Assembly: GCA_963835575.1 (NCBI GenBank) | Contig: CAWIGG010000002.1 | Coordinates: 1,344,001-1,408,000 of the forward strand | Origin: an uncultured Spirochaetota bacterium | Lineage (GTDB): Bacteria > Spirochaetota > Brevinematia > Brevinematales > JAOACQ01 | Reading direction: 5' to 3' | Length of the DNA: 64,000 nt | Position numbers and translations under genes: made by a program | Notes under the pieces: model-generated | Told to the model about the DNA's origin: nothing | What the model saw: the letters and a program-made list of their open reading frames with translations, nothing else | The model's database searches: none | Shown: positions 1-10,127 of the stretch, in pieces | Layout of the letters: every line of letters begins with the position of its first letter | Position numbering within the stretch: the stretch's first letter is position 1

Positions 1-42
1 CGAAAATACTCAAAATCAAAACACCCTTAACAAAGTTATTAT

Positions 43-1711
43 CCGATATTTCCCAAATGACTTACAGTATTCTCCCTTTTGAGAGATTTTCTTATTATAA
101 AACCGCAAAATAACCTTGTCAATGGCAATTTCAGGTTTTCTTTTTCATGAAATTCCTTCATAGTTTTTATAATATCAGATTTCGGGCAATTTTCTGATAA
201 CCTTTTTACAAAAACCCGACAGTAATCCCTTGTATAAATTATCTTTTTTCTGTTTTTAATCTTGTTATTCGCCAACTCCAAAAAGGAGCCGTAGTCTGCC
301 AATTCTTCCAAGAATAGCGGCGAACATCTCTTGCGAAACCGCAACTTCGGCCATCTGAAAGACTATATATCGGGCATGTCGTACGATTTTAGCGCCGATT
401 TTGATCAGTTTCTCCCTGAGAGTTGTCATTGTCCAATGTCGCATTGACCTGGGTAATGCTGACTTTCGAAAGAAGTTCCCAAGATTGTAAGCAAGAACAA
501 ATAACTGGAGCCGGACATGATTATCGATAAAGTCATGGCACGATAAACGTGTCCACTTTACCGCATTCTTGCCCTCCTTGATCCATTGTTCCGCTGTTCC
601 TCTCATATTGTAAAAACGGACAACTTTCCTCTTTTTGGATCGAAGATTTGTTACAATAAATCCAACACGGGGGAATAGTTCCCCCTGGTGCCATTCAACT
701 TTTGCTATTACCCGGCGATTCCGATTCCATACTGCAGCCTTGTACTGGAATTCATGATACCAGACAACTGGTGCATGTGATGGCCGTCCTACCGGCCTTG
801 TCATGAGATGATCGATTTCACGATGCAGGACGTCATTGGCTGGCAAGCGGATCGCATACCTGAAGTGTTCTGATTCCAGGTACTCATAAATCTCCGGCTT
901 GGCAAAGCCGGCATCACCCCTGAAGTAATGTGGAAACTTTCAATTACGATAACGGGAAACTATTGGTTCCAGTACTGTTTTCCAGTCCTTAGCGCTGTGT
1001 ACATTACCTTCCCTCAGCAGTGCAAACTCGACATCTCCAAACTGGTTGAAACAAAAAAGAGGATGATAACAAGTACATCCAAAATGTCCGTTATATGCTG
1101 TCCCATCCTGTCTGCCATAGGTTTCGCTTACAGAACTATCCATATCAAGAACAAGATATCTCATGGGAACCTGTTTTCTTAGCCTGTCAATCCATTGTCC
1201 TGAAAGATTCATAAGGGCTTTGCTGTTATCCGGAAGGGTTAGAACTTCAGTTTCAAACCTTCCCATCTGGCTTGTTGACGCTGCCGTATGTGTAAGCGCT
1301 CTTCCCCCGACAACCTGTCTCATAGCAGGATCAACGGAAAGCCGCTCTGCATCATTTGTGTCCTCATACCCCGCAAGCCTGCTGAATACTGATTGCCGTA
1401 ATTCAGCTGCCATAGTATGCTGTTTATTCTTCCCGATTCTGATATCTTTCAAACTGCTTGTTGCGATATCAGTCAATCCTAAAGCGTCATCAAGTTCACG
1501 GTAGGCAAGAAGGCCGACATCGGAAGTTATGGATGCACCATGAAATTCCAGCCTTAAACTTCTATCAAAATCAACCCTTAATGCCTGATATTGGCTTTCA
1601 CCCATTGAATTCCCCACTTTTTAAAGTTTTCAAGTAGCCTAATTCCTAACCTGACAAATGATTATGACATGATTCCTTTAAGAAAACAATATTTCATCTG
1701 GGAAATGTGGG
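43..1711 (-). mobile_element. IS1380-family insertion sequence (~1.67 kb)
   Basis: Imperfect terminal IRs ccgatatttcccaaatga (43-60) and tcatctgggaaatgtggg (1694-1711), 15/18 complementary, enclosing the transposase. No clear TSD. Confidence 0.8.
265..1617 (-). pseudogene. IS1380-family DDE transposase interrupted by one in-frame TGA (940-942)
   Basis: Motifs [19 protein letters not shown]...YHPL, LREGN, FRGDAGF and FYNMRGTAEQWIKEGK. ORFs 940-1617 and 265-846 are in the same frame (YRN*KFPHYFRGDAGFAKPEIYEYLE). Confidence 0.88.
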
Positions 1712-1829
1712 CTAAGAGCTAAAGGCTGACAGCTAGTGTAGTGTCTTACATATAATAGTACAATATAACATATTGCAATATAAAGAATAACGATTCTATT
1801 GATTGTACTCTCAAATCAGAGACACTACG

Positions 1830-2297
1830 CTAGTTTTCCCATCCGAAGGCAAAAGCTTCTGAAATGAGCATATTGAGGACATTATCACGGCCCTTCATAC
1901 TGTTTAAAAGCTTTAATTGAATATTCTCCTGAGCGATCTTATTTATGGCATAAACCGCTTTGGCGTATTTTTCGGCATGCCGGGATGAAGTGACCAGCAC
2001 CGCGATAAAATGGGTGTTTTTATTGTCAATCGGAACAGGCTCTTTCGGAATGCAGATGCCGATGACCAGTTCCTTTATATTTTCAACCCGGAAAGACATC
2101 AGAAAAACGCCGTCCTCAAGAAAAGCGCTCTGGTAAAGTTTATTTTCAGACATTTCTATAATGTCATTAAAATTCAAAATCTCTTTTTTATATCCGGCGG
2201 GCAATTTATCTAAAATCAATTCCACCGCTTCTTCTTTTTTATCCAGCTGACAATCTTTAATAATGATCATGTGCTTCATTAAATCCTGCGCTTTCAC
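1830..2297 (-). CDS. PTS EIIA (fructose/Ntr-type)-like protein, phospho-His apparently absent
   Basis: KKEEAVELILDKL...EDGVFLMSFR...IGICIPKEPV...HFIAVLVT follows the EIIA layout. The usual GVAIPH His is missing. Confidence 0.6.
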   Translation of the reverse strand: MKAQDLMKHMIIIKDCQLDKKEEAVELILDKLPAGYKKEILNFNDIIEMSENKLYQSAFLEDGVFLMSFRVENIKELVIGICIPKEPVPIDNKNTHFIAVLVTSSRHAEKYAKAVYAINKIAQENIQLKLLNSMKGRDNVLNMLISEAFAFGWEN

Positions 2298-2405
2298 TGA
2301 AATCCTCCCTTATTGGTTTATTTCAACCAGATACTTACTATTATCTTATGAAATAAAAAATATGGGTATACTTTACATCAAAATAATATTTCTTACAAAT
2401 TTGCG

Positions 2406-2439
2406 GGCAGTTCAAAAAAACAAGGATTTTGGAACAGCC
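2406..2439. repeat. Palindromic REP-like hairpin, GGCAGTTCCA...TGGAACTGCC family, copy 1
   Basis: ggcagttcaaaa...ttttggaacagcc. Confidence 0.55.
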
Positions 2440-2551
2440 TTAAAATGTATTGTAAATTTAAATAAATTGATTTATAATTTTAGGGTAGCTCTAAAAACCA
2501 ACAAAATATTAGAGAATTAAGAACATCTTATTCTCTAAGTACAATATTTTA

Positions 2552-2625
2552 GGCGTTTCCATCCCTCACCAGTTTGTAAGCTTCTTTGGTTTAGCTCGAC
2601 AAACTGGTGAGGGATTGGAACCGCC
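2552..2625. repeat. Same hairpin family, copy 2, carrying a nested perfect 16-bp inverted repeat (2562-2614)
   Basis: ggcgtttcca[tccctcaccagtttgt-21nt-acaaactggtgaggga]ttggaaccgcc. Confidence 0.75.
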
Positions 2626-2658
2626 CTTTATTAATAAATCGACTTCGGGCTGGAAAAT

Positions 2659-3078
2659 ATGAAATCATATAAAAAAGAATTGACTTTTAATACCCATGAT
2701 CGGACGGCCTTTATTAATATTACCGGCGATGTGGAAAAGGCCTTGAAAGAAAGCGGCGTCAGGGAAGGGCTTTGCCTGGTTAACGCCATGCATATCACGG
2801 CCAGCGTTTTCATCAATGATGATGAAAGCGGGCTTCATCAGGATTATGCCGCCTGGCTGGAACAGCTCGCACCGCATGAGCCTCTCGGCCGCTATAGACA
2901 CAACAGGACCGGCGAAGATAACGGCGATGCCCATTTAAAAAGGCAGGTGATGGGCAGGGAAGTTGTCATCGCTATTACGGAAGGAAGGCTTGATTTCGGG
3001 CCATGGGAACAGATCTTTTACGGCGAGTTCGACGGAAGGAGAAGAAAAAGGGTTTTAATAAAGATAATCGGGGATTAA
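2659..3078 (+). CDS. yjbQ: YjbQ/UPF0047 family protein (secondary thiamine-phosphate synthase-like)
   Basis: [47 protein letters not shown]. Confidence 0.9.
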   Translation: MKSYKKELTFNTHDRTAFINITGDVEKALKESGVREGLCLVNAMHITASVFINDDESGLHQDYAAWLEQLAPHEPLGRYRHNRTGEDNGDAHLKRQVMGREVVIAITEGRLDFGPWEQIFYGEFDGRRRKRVLIKIIGD

Positions 3079-3083
3079 TAAAA

Positions 3084-3141
3084 GGCAGTTCCAAAACTTG
3101 TGGTGAGTTTATCGAACCAACCTAAAGTTTTTGGAACTGCC
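3084..3141. repeat. Same hairpin family, copy 3, with an internal cttgtggtgagtttatcgaacc segment
   Basis: ggcagttccaaaact...agtttttggaactgcc. Confidence 0.65.
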
Positions 3142-3161
3142 CTAAAATAACAGGATTGTTA

Positions 3162-3737
3162 ATGAAAGATGATTTCTATCAGAATCTTTCTGACGATGAG
3201 CTTTTTCAGCTTTTAAAAAATGACAAAATCGCCGAGAATGAATTTTACAAAAGATATAAAGTAAAAGTTAAAAACATATTACGTAGATATAAAATTCCGT
3301 CTCTTGAAAGAGAGGACCTTATTCAGGAAGGTATGATAGGTCTTTTCCAGGCCATAGAAAACTATGATAAAGACAGAGGCGTTAAATTCTCAACATACGC
3401 GAATGTCTGCATTAAAAACAGAATATTGAACGCCCTGAATTTATACTGGCAGCAGAGAAAGAATATTGATAAGGACCAGGATATTGAAGAGATCATATCG
3501 GTCAATAATCCCGAGAATGACACTCTGAATACGGAATATTCCGAGATGATGAAAAAGGGCGTCCGGCATCTGTCGGAATTGGAACAGGAAATACTGGAAA
3601 TGTATCTCGATCATCAGAGTTATAAAACAATCGCATCAGAGCTTGAAATTTCGCCTAAAAAAGTAGATAATATTCTTGTAAAGATAAAAGTAAAACTGGG
3701 GGATTATATAAGACAGATAACAATGGATGCAAAATAA
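3162..3737 (+). CDS. Alternative sigma-70 family factor (SigH/ComX-like)
   Basis: Region 2 EDLIQEGMIGLFQAIENYDKDRGVKFSTYA; region 4 SYKTIASELEISPKKVDN. Confidence 0.85.
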   Translation: MKDDFYQNLSDDELFQLLKNDKIAENEFYKRYKVKVKNILRRYKIPSLEREDLIQEGMIGLFQAIENYDKDRGVKFSTYANVCIKNRILNALNLYWQQRKNIDKDQDIEEIISVNNPENDTLNTEYSEMMKKGVRHLSELEQEILEMYLDHQSYKTIASELEISPKKVDNILVKIKVKLGDYIRQITMDAK

Positions 3738-3760
3738 AAAGTGTTAATGGAGTGTAAAAG

Positions 3761-4063
3761 ATGAAATTAAGTATCCGTTCTTTTGGAGGGGCTTGCGCCG
3801 TAATGGCGGGCTTTGTCACACTGATAATAGGATTATGGTACAGCCTTACAGGTTACGGAAGCCAGATTATGGAAATTCTTTCGGCTTTTTATGCCAATAT
3901 CATTCATTTTTCCTTTAATCCGCTCTCTTCAATCTGGAAAAATCTGGGTTCCAATATCCTCTCTGTTCTGCTTCTCTTCATTTTTTCTATGATAGACGGC
4001 TTTATACTGGGTGCCGTATTCAGCTTTGTTTACAATTTATTCATAGCCAGAGAGAAGCAGTAG
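3761..4063 (+). CDS. Small membrane protein, two hydrophobic segments
   Basis: Hydrophobic stretches; RBS ggag; first gene of the Mla-like cluster. Confidence 0.65.
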   Translation: MKLSIRSFGGACAVMAGFVTLIIGLWYSLTGYGSQIMEILSAFYANIIHFSFNPLSSIWKNLGSNILSVLLLFIFSMIDGFILGAVFSFVYNLFIAREKQ

Positions 4064-4073
4064 GACCGAGGCA

Positions 4074-4865
4074 ATGGACAGGGTATCCGGATTTTTTGCC
4101 GGTATATTGAACTCCTTTAAACAAAAGTTTAAATACTACGGCGGCCTTGCCGCTCTTATCTTTTATTCTACCAGCAATTATTTTCTCGATAAGAGAGGAA
4201 GGGCCAGGATCAACAGGATCATTATCCTTCAGATCTATTTTACCGGCAATCAGGCTTTGAAAATCATCAGCCTTGTCGCTTTATCGCTGGGCATTGTCAC
4301 GGTCATTCAGTCGTATTATATATTGAGCAACTATGGGGTTTTGAAGCAGGTCGGGGATATCCTCAATATCGTCATCATCAGGGAGCTGGGACCGATATTT
4401 ACGGCTTTTATCATCCTCAGCCGGTCCGCTACGGCCATCGCGGCCGAGATCGGCACCATGATGGTCAATGATGAGATCAACGCCCTGGAAATGCTGGGGA
4501 TCAACGCGCTGAAATTCATCGTATTCCCAAGGATTGCGGGAATGGTTATCGCCAGCGTTCTATTGACAATTTACTTTAACGCCATCAGCCTGATCGGGGG
4601 ATTTATAGTCGGCAATATCATCGGCGGTATTTCTTTTGATACATTCCTCAATTTTGTGATTAATTCGATCACGCTGCTGGATCTTTTAACCAGCATAATC
4701 AAAAGCGCCATATTCGGGTTGTTTATATCCTCCATCGCCATATATCATGGATTTCAGGCTTTTACATCGACTCAGATACCGCAGGTAACGACAAGGTCCG
4801 TTGTGAGCTCTATTTTCGCCCTGTTTTTTATAGATATTCTCATGACGCTTGTTTTTTATTTATAG
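4074..4865 (+). CDS. mlaE: MlaE-family ABC permease
   Basis: IIRELGPIFTA, SATAIAAEIGTM..NDEINALEMLG, VFPRI. Confidence 0.9.
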   Translation: MDRVSGFFAGILNSFKQKFKYYGGLAALIFYSTSNYFLDKRGRARINRIIILQIYFTGNQALKIISLVALSLGIVTVIQSYYILSNYGVLKQVGDILNIVIIRELGPIFTAFIILSRSATAIAAEIGTMMVNDEINALEMLGINALKFIVFPRIAGMVIASVLLTIYFNAISLIGGFIVGNIIGGISFDTFLNFVINSITLLDLLTSIIKSAIFGLFISSIAIYHGFQAFTSTQIPQVTTRSVVSSIFALFFIDILMTLVFYL

Positions 4866-4872
4866 GGGATTT

Positions 4873-5598
4873 ATGGGTAGTATATATATTAAGGATGTCA
4901 CGCTTCAATTTGATAAAACAGTTGTAATCAATAGTTTAACCGAAAGGATATCCGACGGGGAAGTCTGTGCCGTACTGGGCCTCTCCGGGAGCGGAAAAAC
5001 ATCGCTTTTAAAGATCGCCACCGGCCTCACGCTGGTTAATTCGGGGGAAGTGGAAGTGAACGGGAAGAATATTTATAAATATTCACAGCGTCAGATGCTG
5101 GAATATCACAAGAATTGCGGTTTTGTATTTCAGAATTCGGCGCTGATCAGCAATATGAGCATATACGAGAATTTATCGCTTTACTATAACTATCATACCA
5201 ATATGAGTGAAAAGGAAATTTATGAAAAGATTAAAAAATACCTTGATTATGTCGGATTTAAGGATGACCTTTCCCAGAGGCCGGGCATCCTGAGCACCGG
5301 CGAAAAAATGCTGGTAAATATCGTCCGCGCGGTATCTCATTAGCCCGAGTTTTTGTTCTGGGACAGCCCGCTATCGAACCTCGATTTATATTATCAGAAA
5401 AAAGTTAAAAATATAATTTCTGATTTCAGGAAAGAAAAAAAGACCATGATTATAGTGACCGGTGATTTTGATTTTGCTTCGTCGGTTGCCGATAAAATAG
5501 GCATCCTCCATAAAGGCCGGATTATAGAAAGCGGTACTCCTGAAGAGATCAGGAACTCAAAAGATGATGCGGTAAAAGAATTTTTATTAAAAGAATAG
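4873..5598 (+). pseudogene. mlaF: MlaF-like ABC ATPase with an in-frame TAG (5341-5343) and degenerate motifs
   Basis: Walker A GLSGSGKT and GFVFQNSAL. AVSH*PEFLFWDSP reads in one frame; Walker B DEP is DSP and the H-loop is VTGD. Confidence 0.75.
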
Positions 5599-5607
5599 GA
5601 GGGGATT

Positions 5608-6456
5608 ATGCCCTTCACATTTAAAAGCGCCCAGAAAGCGGTAGCGGCTTTTCTTCTCATCGGGGTATTTTTATTCATAGCCGTTCTTATACTGATTGGA
5701 AAAGGAAGCGATCTATTTACAATTAAGGATTATTATATAACCGAGTTTGATGAAGGCTACGGCCTCGCCAGCGGCAGCGCCATACGGTATAAAAGCATTG
5801 TCATAGGAAAAGTGAGAGACTTAAAGCTCACATCCGAGGATGTGATCCGGGTAACGGTCTGGTTCAATTCCGAATACCGTTATCTCATCAAGCAGGACAG
5901 TGTTTTGAAGGTGCAGTCATCGATCATCGGAACTTCCTACCTGATACTTGTGCCGTCCATCGATCCCAAATCAATGCCGCTTCTGCCGGGCTCGCTCATT
6001 CTCTCTTCAGATATGCCGGAAGGCCGCCGCCTGATGGAAAAACTTGCCGGATTGACCCCTGTCAAGAAGGACGATTTGAACGCCATGGCCCAGAAAATAC
6101 TGGGTAATATTGACAGGCTGGAACCGGTTATTAACAGCTCCATGTACAATCTTAAATCCATAACGGCCGAAGTACGCGATATACTTTCGAATATCAATTC
6201 GGAAGACACATCGATCGGGGCGATATTAAAAGACAAAAAGGGATTATACAACAAAATCGACAGCATGATGGCCTCTCTGGATTCCGTATTAAAAAGCGTA
6301 AAAACCGCGACAGACAGGCCGGAAGACCTGAGGAGCATTGTTATTCTGCTAAGGGAAAATCTTGTCGAGCTCAAGAGCACATTGAGCGGGGTTAAAAACC
6401 TTGTAGGCGGCAGCAAGGAGCTTGAAACAACCATTAAGGCGGGGGAACGTTTCTGA
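5608..6456 (+). CDS. mlaD: MlaD/MCE-family protein
   Basis: N-terminal TM helix, GLASGSAIRYKSIVIGKV MCE motif, helical tail. Confidence 0.88.
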   Translation: MPFTFKSAQKAVAAFLLIGVFLFIAVLILIGKGSDLFTIKDYYITEFDEGYGLASGSAIRYKSIVIGKVRDLKLTSEDVIRVTVWFNSEYRYLIKQDSVLKVQSSIIGTSYLILVPSIDPKSMPLLPGSLILSSDMPEGRRLMEKLAGLTPVKKDDLNAMAQKILGNIDRLEPVINSSMYNLKSITAEVRDILSNINSEDTSIGAILKDKKGLYNKIDSMMASLDSVLKSVKTATDRPEDLRSIVILLRENLVELKSTLSGVKNLVGGSKELETTIKAGERF

Positions 6457-7316
6457 TGAAATTTATTATATTTTTGATCCTGACAATAGTGATACTTTTT
6501 TCATGCGCTCAGCAGGTAAAGAATCCGTCCATACGCGAAACGGTCAAAAAGAGTATCTCAGAGAGCATATCTCTCGGCGTGAAAGAATATAAATCAGGCA
6601 ATCTGCAGTCCGCCAAAGGCTTTTTTCTCGAAGCTCTGAAAGAGGCGTACAGCATCGACAATACGGAAGAAATCATCAATATAGAACAGAATCTGGCGAT
6701 AACTACTTTACGCTCGACCAATCTCTCAGAGGCATCCAATTATATCTTTTCAGCAAAATTCATTGCTGAAAAAGAGAATATTACTCTTTATAATTACATT
6801 ATTTACCTTACGATTGGGAAATACTATGACAGGACCGCAGATACGCCGGATGATTTTGAAACAGCCATCAGCTGGTACCAGAAAGCGGCCACGGCCGCGA
6901 AAGATGACGAAGACAGGGCAAGCGCCTACAATAACATCGGCGTCACTAAAAGAAAGCAGAAAAAACTTGATGAGGCCGTCCGCTGGCTGGATCAGGCCAG
7001 GCGGATCAATGAGGGCGAAAAGAACTATGCCGCATTGGGAGATAATTACTATTATCTCGGCCAGACATATGAAGATCAAGGTCTGTTGAGTGAGTCGCTT
7101 AAAAACTATTTATCCGCCTTGAATTATGATAAAATAGCCGAAAAAAGCGTCTCCATCCTGGATGATTTAAAAAGAATCGCGCAAATTTATTCACGAATGA
7201 GCAAATTTGATGAAGCGCTTTATTATTATAAAAAAGCGCTGAATACGGCCCAGAGCATTGACAGAACACAGGATATCCAGTCATTGCAGAATACAATCAA
7301 TTCAATGCAGAAATGA
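6456..7316 (+). CDS. Tetratricopeptide-repeat lipoprotein
   Basis: Signal ending ILFSC; TPR units (ASAYNNIGV, ALYYYKKAL). Confidence 0.8.
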   Translation: MKFIIFLILTIVILFSCAQQVKNPSIRETVKKSISESISLGVKEYKSGNLQSAKGFFLEALKEAYSIDNTEEIINIEQNLAITTLRSTNLSEASNYIFSAKFIAEKENITLYNYIIYLTIGKYYDRTADTPDDFETAISWYQKAATAAKDDEDRASAYNNIGVTKRKQKKLDEAVRWLDQARRINEGEKNYAALGDNYYYLGQTYEDQGLLSESLKNYLSALNYDKIAEKSVSILDDLKRIAQIYSRMSKFDEALYYYKKALNTAQSIDRTQDIQSLQNTINSMQK

Positions 7317-7741
7317 AAACGGACAGGATTATGGAAAAATCAACGGGCAGTGTAAATAAAGACATAAAACCGTCTATTACTCTTTTCAATACCGATCCCG
7401 CTGTATTATTAAAAGAAATGGTCATAAAGCCAGTTCTGGCCTCGGGACCGGGCGGCCAGCATATCAACAAGACCTCATCCGCCATTCAGGTATTCCATCC
7501 GCAATCCGGGATCCGCTTCCGCGTGCAGGACTCCCGCAGCCAGTTCATGAACAGGGAGACCGCGGTTGAACGGCTGAGTATGAAGCTTAAAAAACTTAAT
7601 GAAAAAAACAAACGTAAAATTGAAGAAGAGAAGAGGAAAAACAAGGTCGGTAAAAAACCCCGCCGCGTCAAGGAAAGGATCCTGAGGGAAAAACATAAAA
7701 AATCAGAAAAGAAAAAAGAAAGGAAATTTTCTGATGAATAA
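7313..7741 (+). CDS. arfB: ArfB/YaeJ-like peptidyl-tRNA hydrolase (RF-1 GGQ domain)
   Basis: SGPGGQHINKTSSA, SRSQFMNRETA, highly basic C-terminal tail. Confidence 0.75.
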   Translation: MKTDRIMEKSTGSVNKDIKPSITLFNTDPAVLLKEMVIKPVLASGPGGQHINKTSSAIQVFHPQSGIRFRVQDSRSQFMNRETAVERLSMKLKKLNEKNKRKIEEEKRKNKVGKKPRRVKERILREKHKKSEKKKERKFSDE

Positions 7742-7800
7742 TAATTAAATATTTATATACAGTTAATTTAGGTAAAAAAATTAAATACAAGGTTTCTTTC

Positions 7801-7864
7801 TCACGCAAAGGCGCAAAACTCACAAAGAATTTTTCACCTTTGCGGACTTTGCGCCTTTGCGTGA
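7801..7864. repeat. Inverted repeat between convergent genes
   Basis: tcacgcaaaggcgcaaa (7801-7817) / tttgcgcctttgcgtga (7848-7864). Confidence 0.75.
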
Positions 7865-7867
7865 AAT

Positions 7868-8302
7868 TTACCTTACCGGCCTGTCATGCCTGATTTCCAG
7901 CCAGTCTTCAGGCCTGCCGAGCGGTTTAAATCCGACTTTCTTATAAACTTCATGCGCGTCCTTTGTGATGAGCATCCATTGGTAAACATCGCTCAATTCT
8001 TTATGATTTAATATATATTTCATCATACTCTGCCCTATTCCTTTCTTTCTGTGTTTTTCATCGACATAGACATCCAGAATATATGCGAACCTCGTTTTAT
8101 CCGATATGACCCGCGCGTAGGCGATCTGGGTTCCTTCGGGAAGAAACGCGCCCAGGACAAGGGCCGAGTTTTTTGCCCCTTTTTCCACTTCTTCCCGGCT
8201 TATGCCCTTGCACCAGTAAGCCTGAGATAACATTGCAGCCGCTTCGCTGAAATTCATGCTTTCAAAGCCGTCTTTGATGATAAATTTAAATAATTTTTGC
8301 AT
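7868..8302 (-). CDS. GNAT family N-acetyltransferase
   Basis: AYARVISD..FAYILDVYV..HRKKGIG; TKDAHEVYKKVGF. Confidence 0.88.
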   Translation of the reverse strand: MQKLFKFIIKDGFESMNFSEAAAMLSQAYWCKGISREEVEKGAKNSALVLGAFLPEGTQIAYARVISDKTRFAYILDVYVDEKHRKKGIGQSMMKYILNHKELSDVYQWMLITKDAHEVYKKVGFKPLGRPEDWLEIRHDRPVR

Positions 8303-8327
8303 TTTAACCGCCTTAAATTTAATAACA

Positions 8328-8471
8328 GTCATTGCGAGTCAAAGACCCGAAGTTTGCCGATATACCATGATACGAAGCAATCTGTCTATACATTAAGGTT
8401 CATAAATTATTAAAGAGATTGCCTCAGATTAAAGCCACCGTCAAAGCAGACATTCCTTTCCTCACAATGAC
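8328..8471. repeat. Degenerate palindromic element (GTCATTGCGAG..GAAGCAATCT..AGATTGC..CTC(G/A)CAATGAC type)
   Basis: gtcattgcgag / ctcacaatgac outer arms and gcaatct / agattgc inner arms. Confidence 0.65.
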
Positions 8472-8491
8472 GCTTCCTATGGCCGATCCCC

Positions 8492-10108
8492 TCAGAACAG
8501 CCCGCTGATATTCCCTTTATCATCCACGTCAATATTCAAAGCTGACGGCGCTTTCGGCAGGCCGGGCATCGTCATGATCTTGCCTGTATAAATAACGACA
8601 AATCCGGCCCCGGATGAGATCTTCGCGTTGCTGACCGTGATCCTGAAGCCCTTCGGCCTTCCGGCGAGCTTCGGGTTGTCGGAAAGGGACGACTGAGTTT
8701 TGGCCATACAGACGGGAAGGCCGCCGTAGCCCAGATTTTCTATCTGTTCAATCCGGGTTAACGCTTCCGCGGAAAAATCCACTCCGTCCGCGCCGTATAT
8801 CTCCCGCGCTATCGTTTCAACTTTTTCTTTAACCGGCACATTCAGTTCATAAAGCGGGCGGAATTTTTTCGTCCCTTGTTTCAGATTGCAGATCTTTTCC
8901 GCCAGTTCCAGGCCGCCCTCTCCGCCGCTTTCCCTGAAATCCGTAATGACAGCTTCCACTCCGGCGGAGAGGCATTTATCCCTTAATTCCAGAAGGTCTT
9001 TCTCTTTATCATCCAGGAAGCGGTTGACGGAAATAATAACAGGGACATTGAATTTCCGGATATTTTCCGCGTGCTTTAATATATTTTCAATGCCATGCAC
9101 AGCATAAGCCCTCAGTGTAACGACAAGCACAGCGGCCCTGGGTTTGAGGCCTCCGAGCCGGCATTTGATGTCGAAAAATTTTTCGGCGCCGAGGTCCGCG
9201 CCGAAGCCTGCTTCAGTCACAGTGTATTCGGAAAACTTCATGGCCATTTTTGTCGCTATCATTGTATTACAGCCATGGGCGATGTTCGCGAAAGGCCCGC
9301 CGTGGACAAACACCGGCGTGCCCTCTATTGTCTGGACAAGATTGGGATTGACGGCATGCTTCAGTAGCGCCGCCATGGCGCCCTGGATCTTCAAGTCCTT
9401 CGCGTAGATGGGCTTTTTGAGATAATCGTAGCCGATCATGATATTCCCTATCTTTTCCTTTAAATCCATCAGGTCTCTGGAAAGGCAGAGAATGGCCATG
9501 ATCTCCGAGGCCGCTGTGATCTCGAACCCGTCCTCCCGCATCACGCCGTTAATGCCGCGGTCTTCCAGACCGATTATCATGCTCCGCAGGGAGCGGTCGT
9601 TCATATCGATCGTCCTTTTCCAGACCACCTGCCGCGGATTGATCTCCGGCTCGTTTTTCTGGTGAAGATGGTTGTCGACGACGGAGGAAAGCAGGTTATG
9701 CGCGGTTGTCACGGCATGAATATCGCCTGTAAAATGGAGGTTGATGTCCTCCATCGGCAGGACCTGCGAATATCCTCCGCCTGCCGCTCCGCCCTTGACG
9801 CCCATACATGGGCCGAGAGACGGTTCGCGTATGGCGATCATCGTCCTTTTGCCGAGCTTTGCGAGCGCCTGGCCGAGCCCGATCGTGTTCGTCGTCTTAC
9901 CCTCGCCCAGCGATGTCGGGGTCATGGCCGTCACTAGAATGAGGCCGGCGTCGGGAGTGTCCGCATAGCGCTCCATAATGCCCAGAGGGACTTTCGCGAT
10001 GTACCTGCCGTAGGGTATGAGATCATTTTCCGTGAGGCCGATCGAGGCGGCTATATCGCCGATCGGCTTCATAACGCTTTTCTGCGCTATTTCTATATCT
10101 GAAAGCAT
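8492..10108 (-). CDS. fhs: Formate--tetrahydrofolate ligase
   Basis: GEGKTT, GVKGGAAGGGYSQVLPMEDINLHFTGD, HGGPFANIAHG, TEAGFGADLGAEKF, MTMPGLP. Confidence 0.97.
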   Translation of the reverse strand: MLSDIEIAQKSVMKPIGDIAASIGLTENDLIPYGRYIAKVPLGIMERYADTPDAGLILVTAMTPTSLGEGKTTNTIGLGQALAKLGKRTMIAIREPSLGPCMGVKGGAAGGGYSQVLPMEDINLHFTGDIHAVTTAHNLLSSVVDNHLHQKNEPEINPRQVVWKRTIDMNDRSLRSMIIGLEDRGINGVMREDGFEITAASEIMAILCLSRDLMDLKEKIGNIMIGYDYLKKPIYAKDLKIQGAMAALLKHAVNPNLVQTIEGTPVFVHGGPFANIAHGCNTMIATKMAMKFSEYTVTEAGFGADLGAEKFFDIKCRLGGLKPRAAVLVVTLRAYAVHGIENILKHAENIRKFNVPVIISVNRFLDDKEKDLLELRDKCLSAGVEAVITDFRESGGEGGLELAEKICNLKQGTKKFRPLYELNVPVKEKVETIAREIYGADGVDFSAEALTRIEQIENLGYGGLPVCMAKTQSSLSDNPKLAGRPKGFRITVSNAKISSGAGFVVIYTGKIMTMPGLPKAPSALNIDVDDKGNISGLF

Positions 10109-10127
10109 CCATAAACTCCTTATTAAA

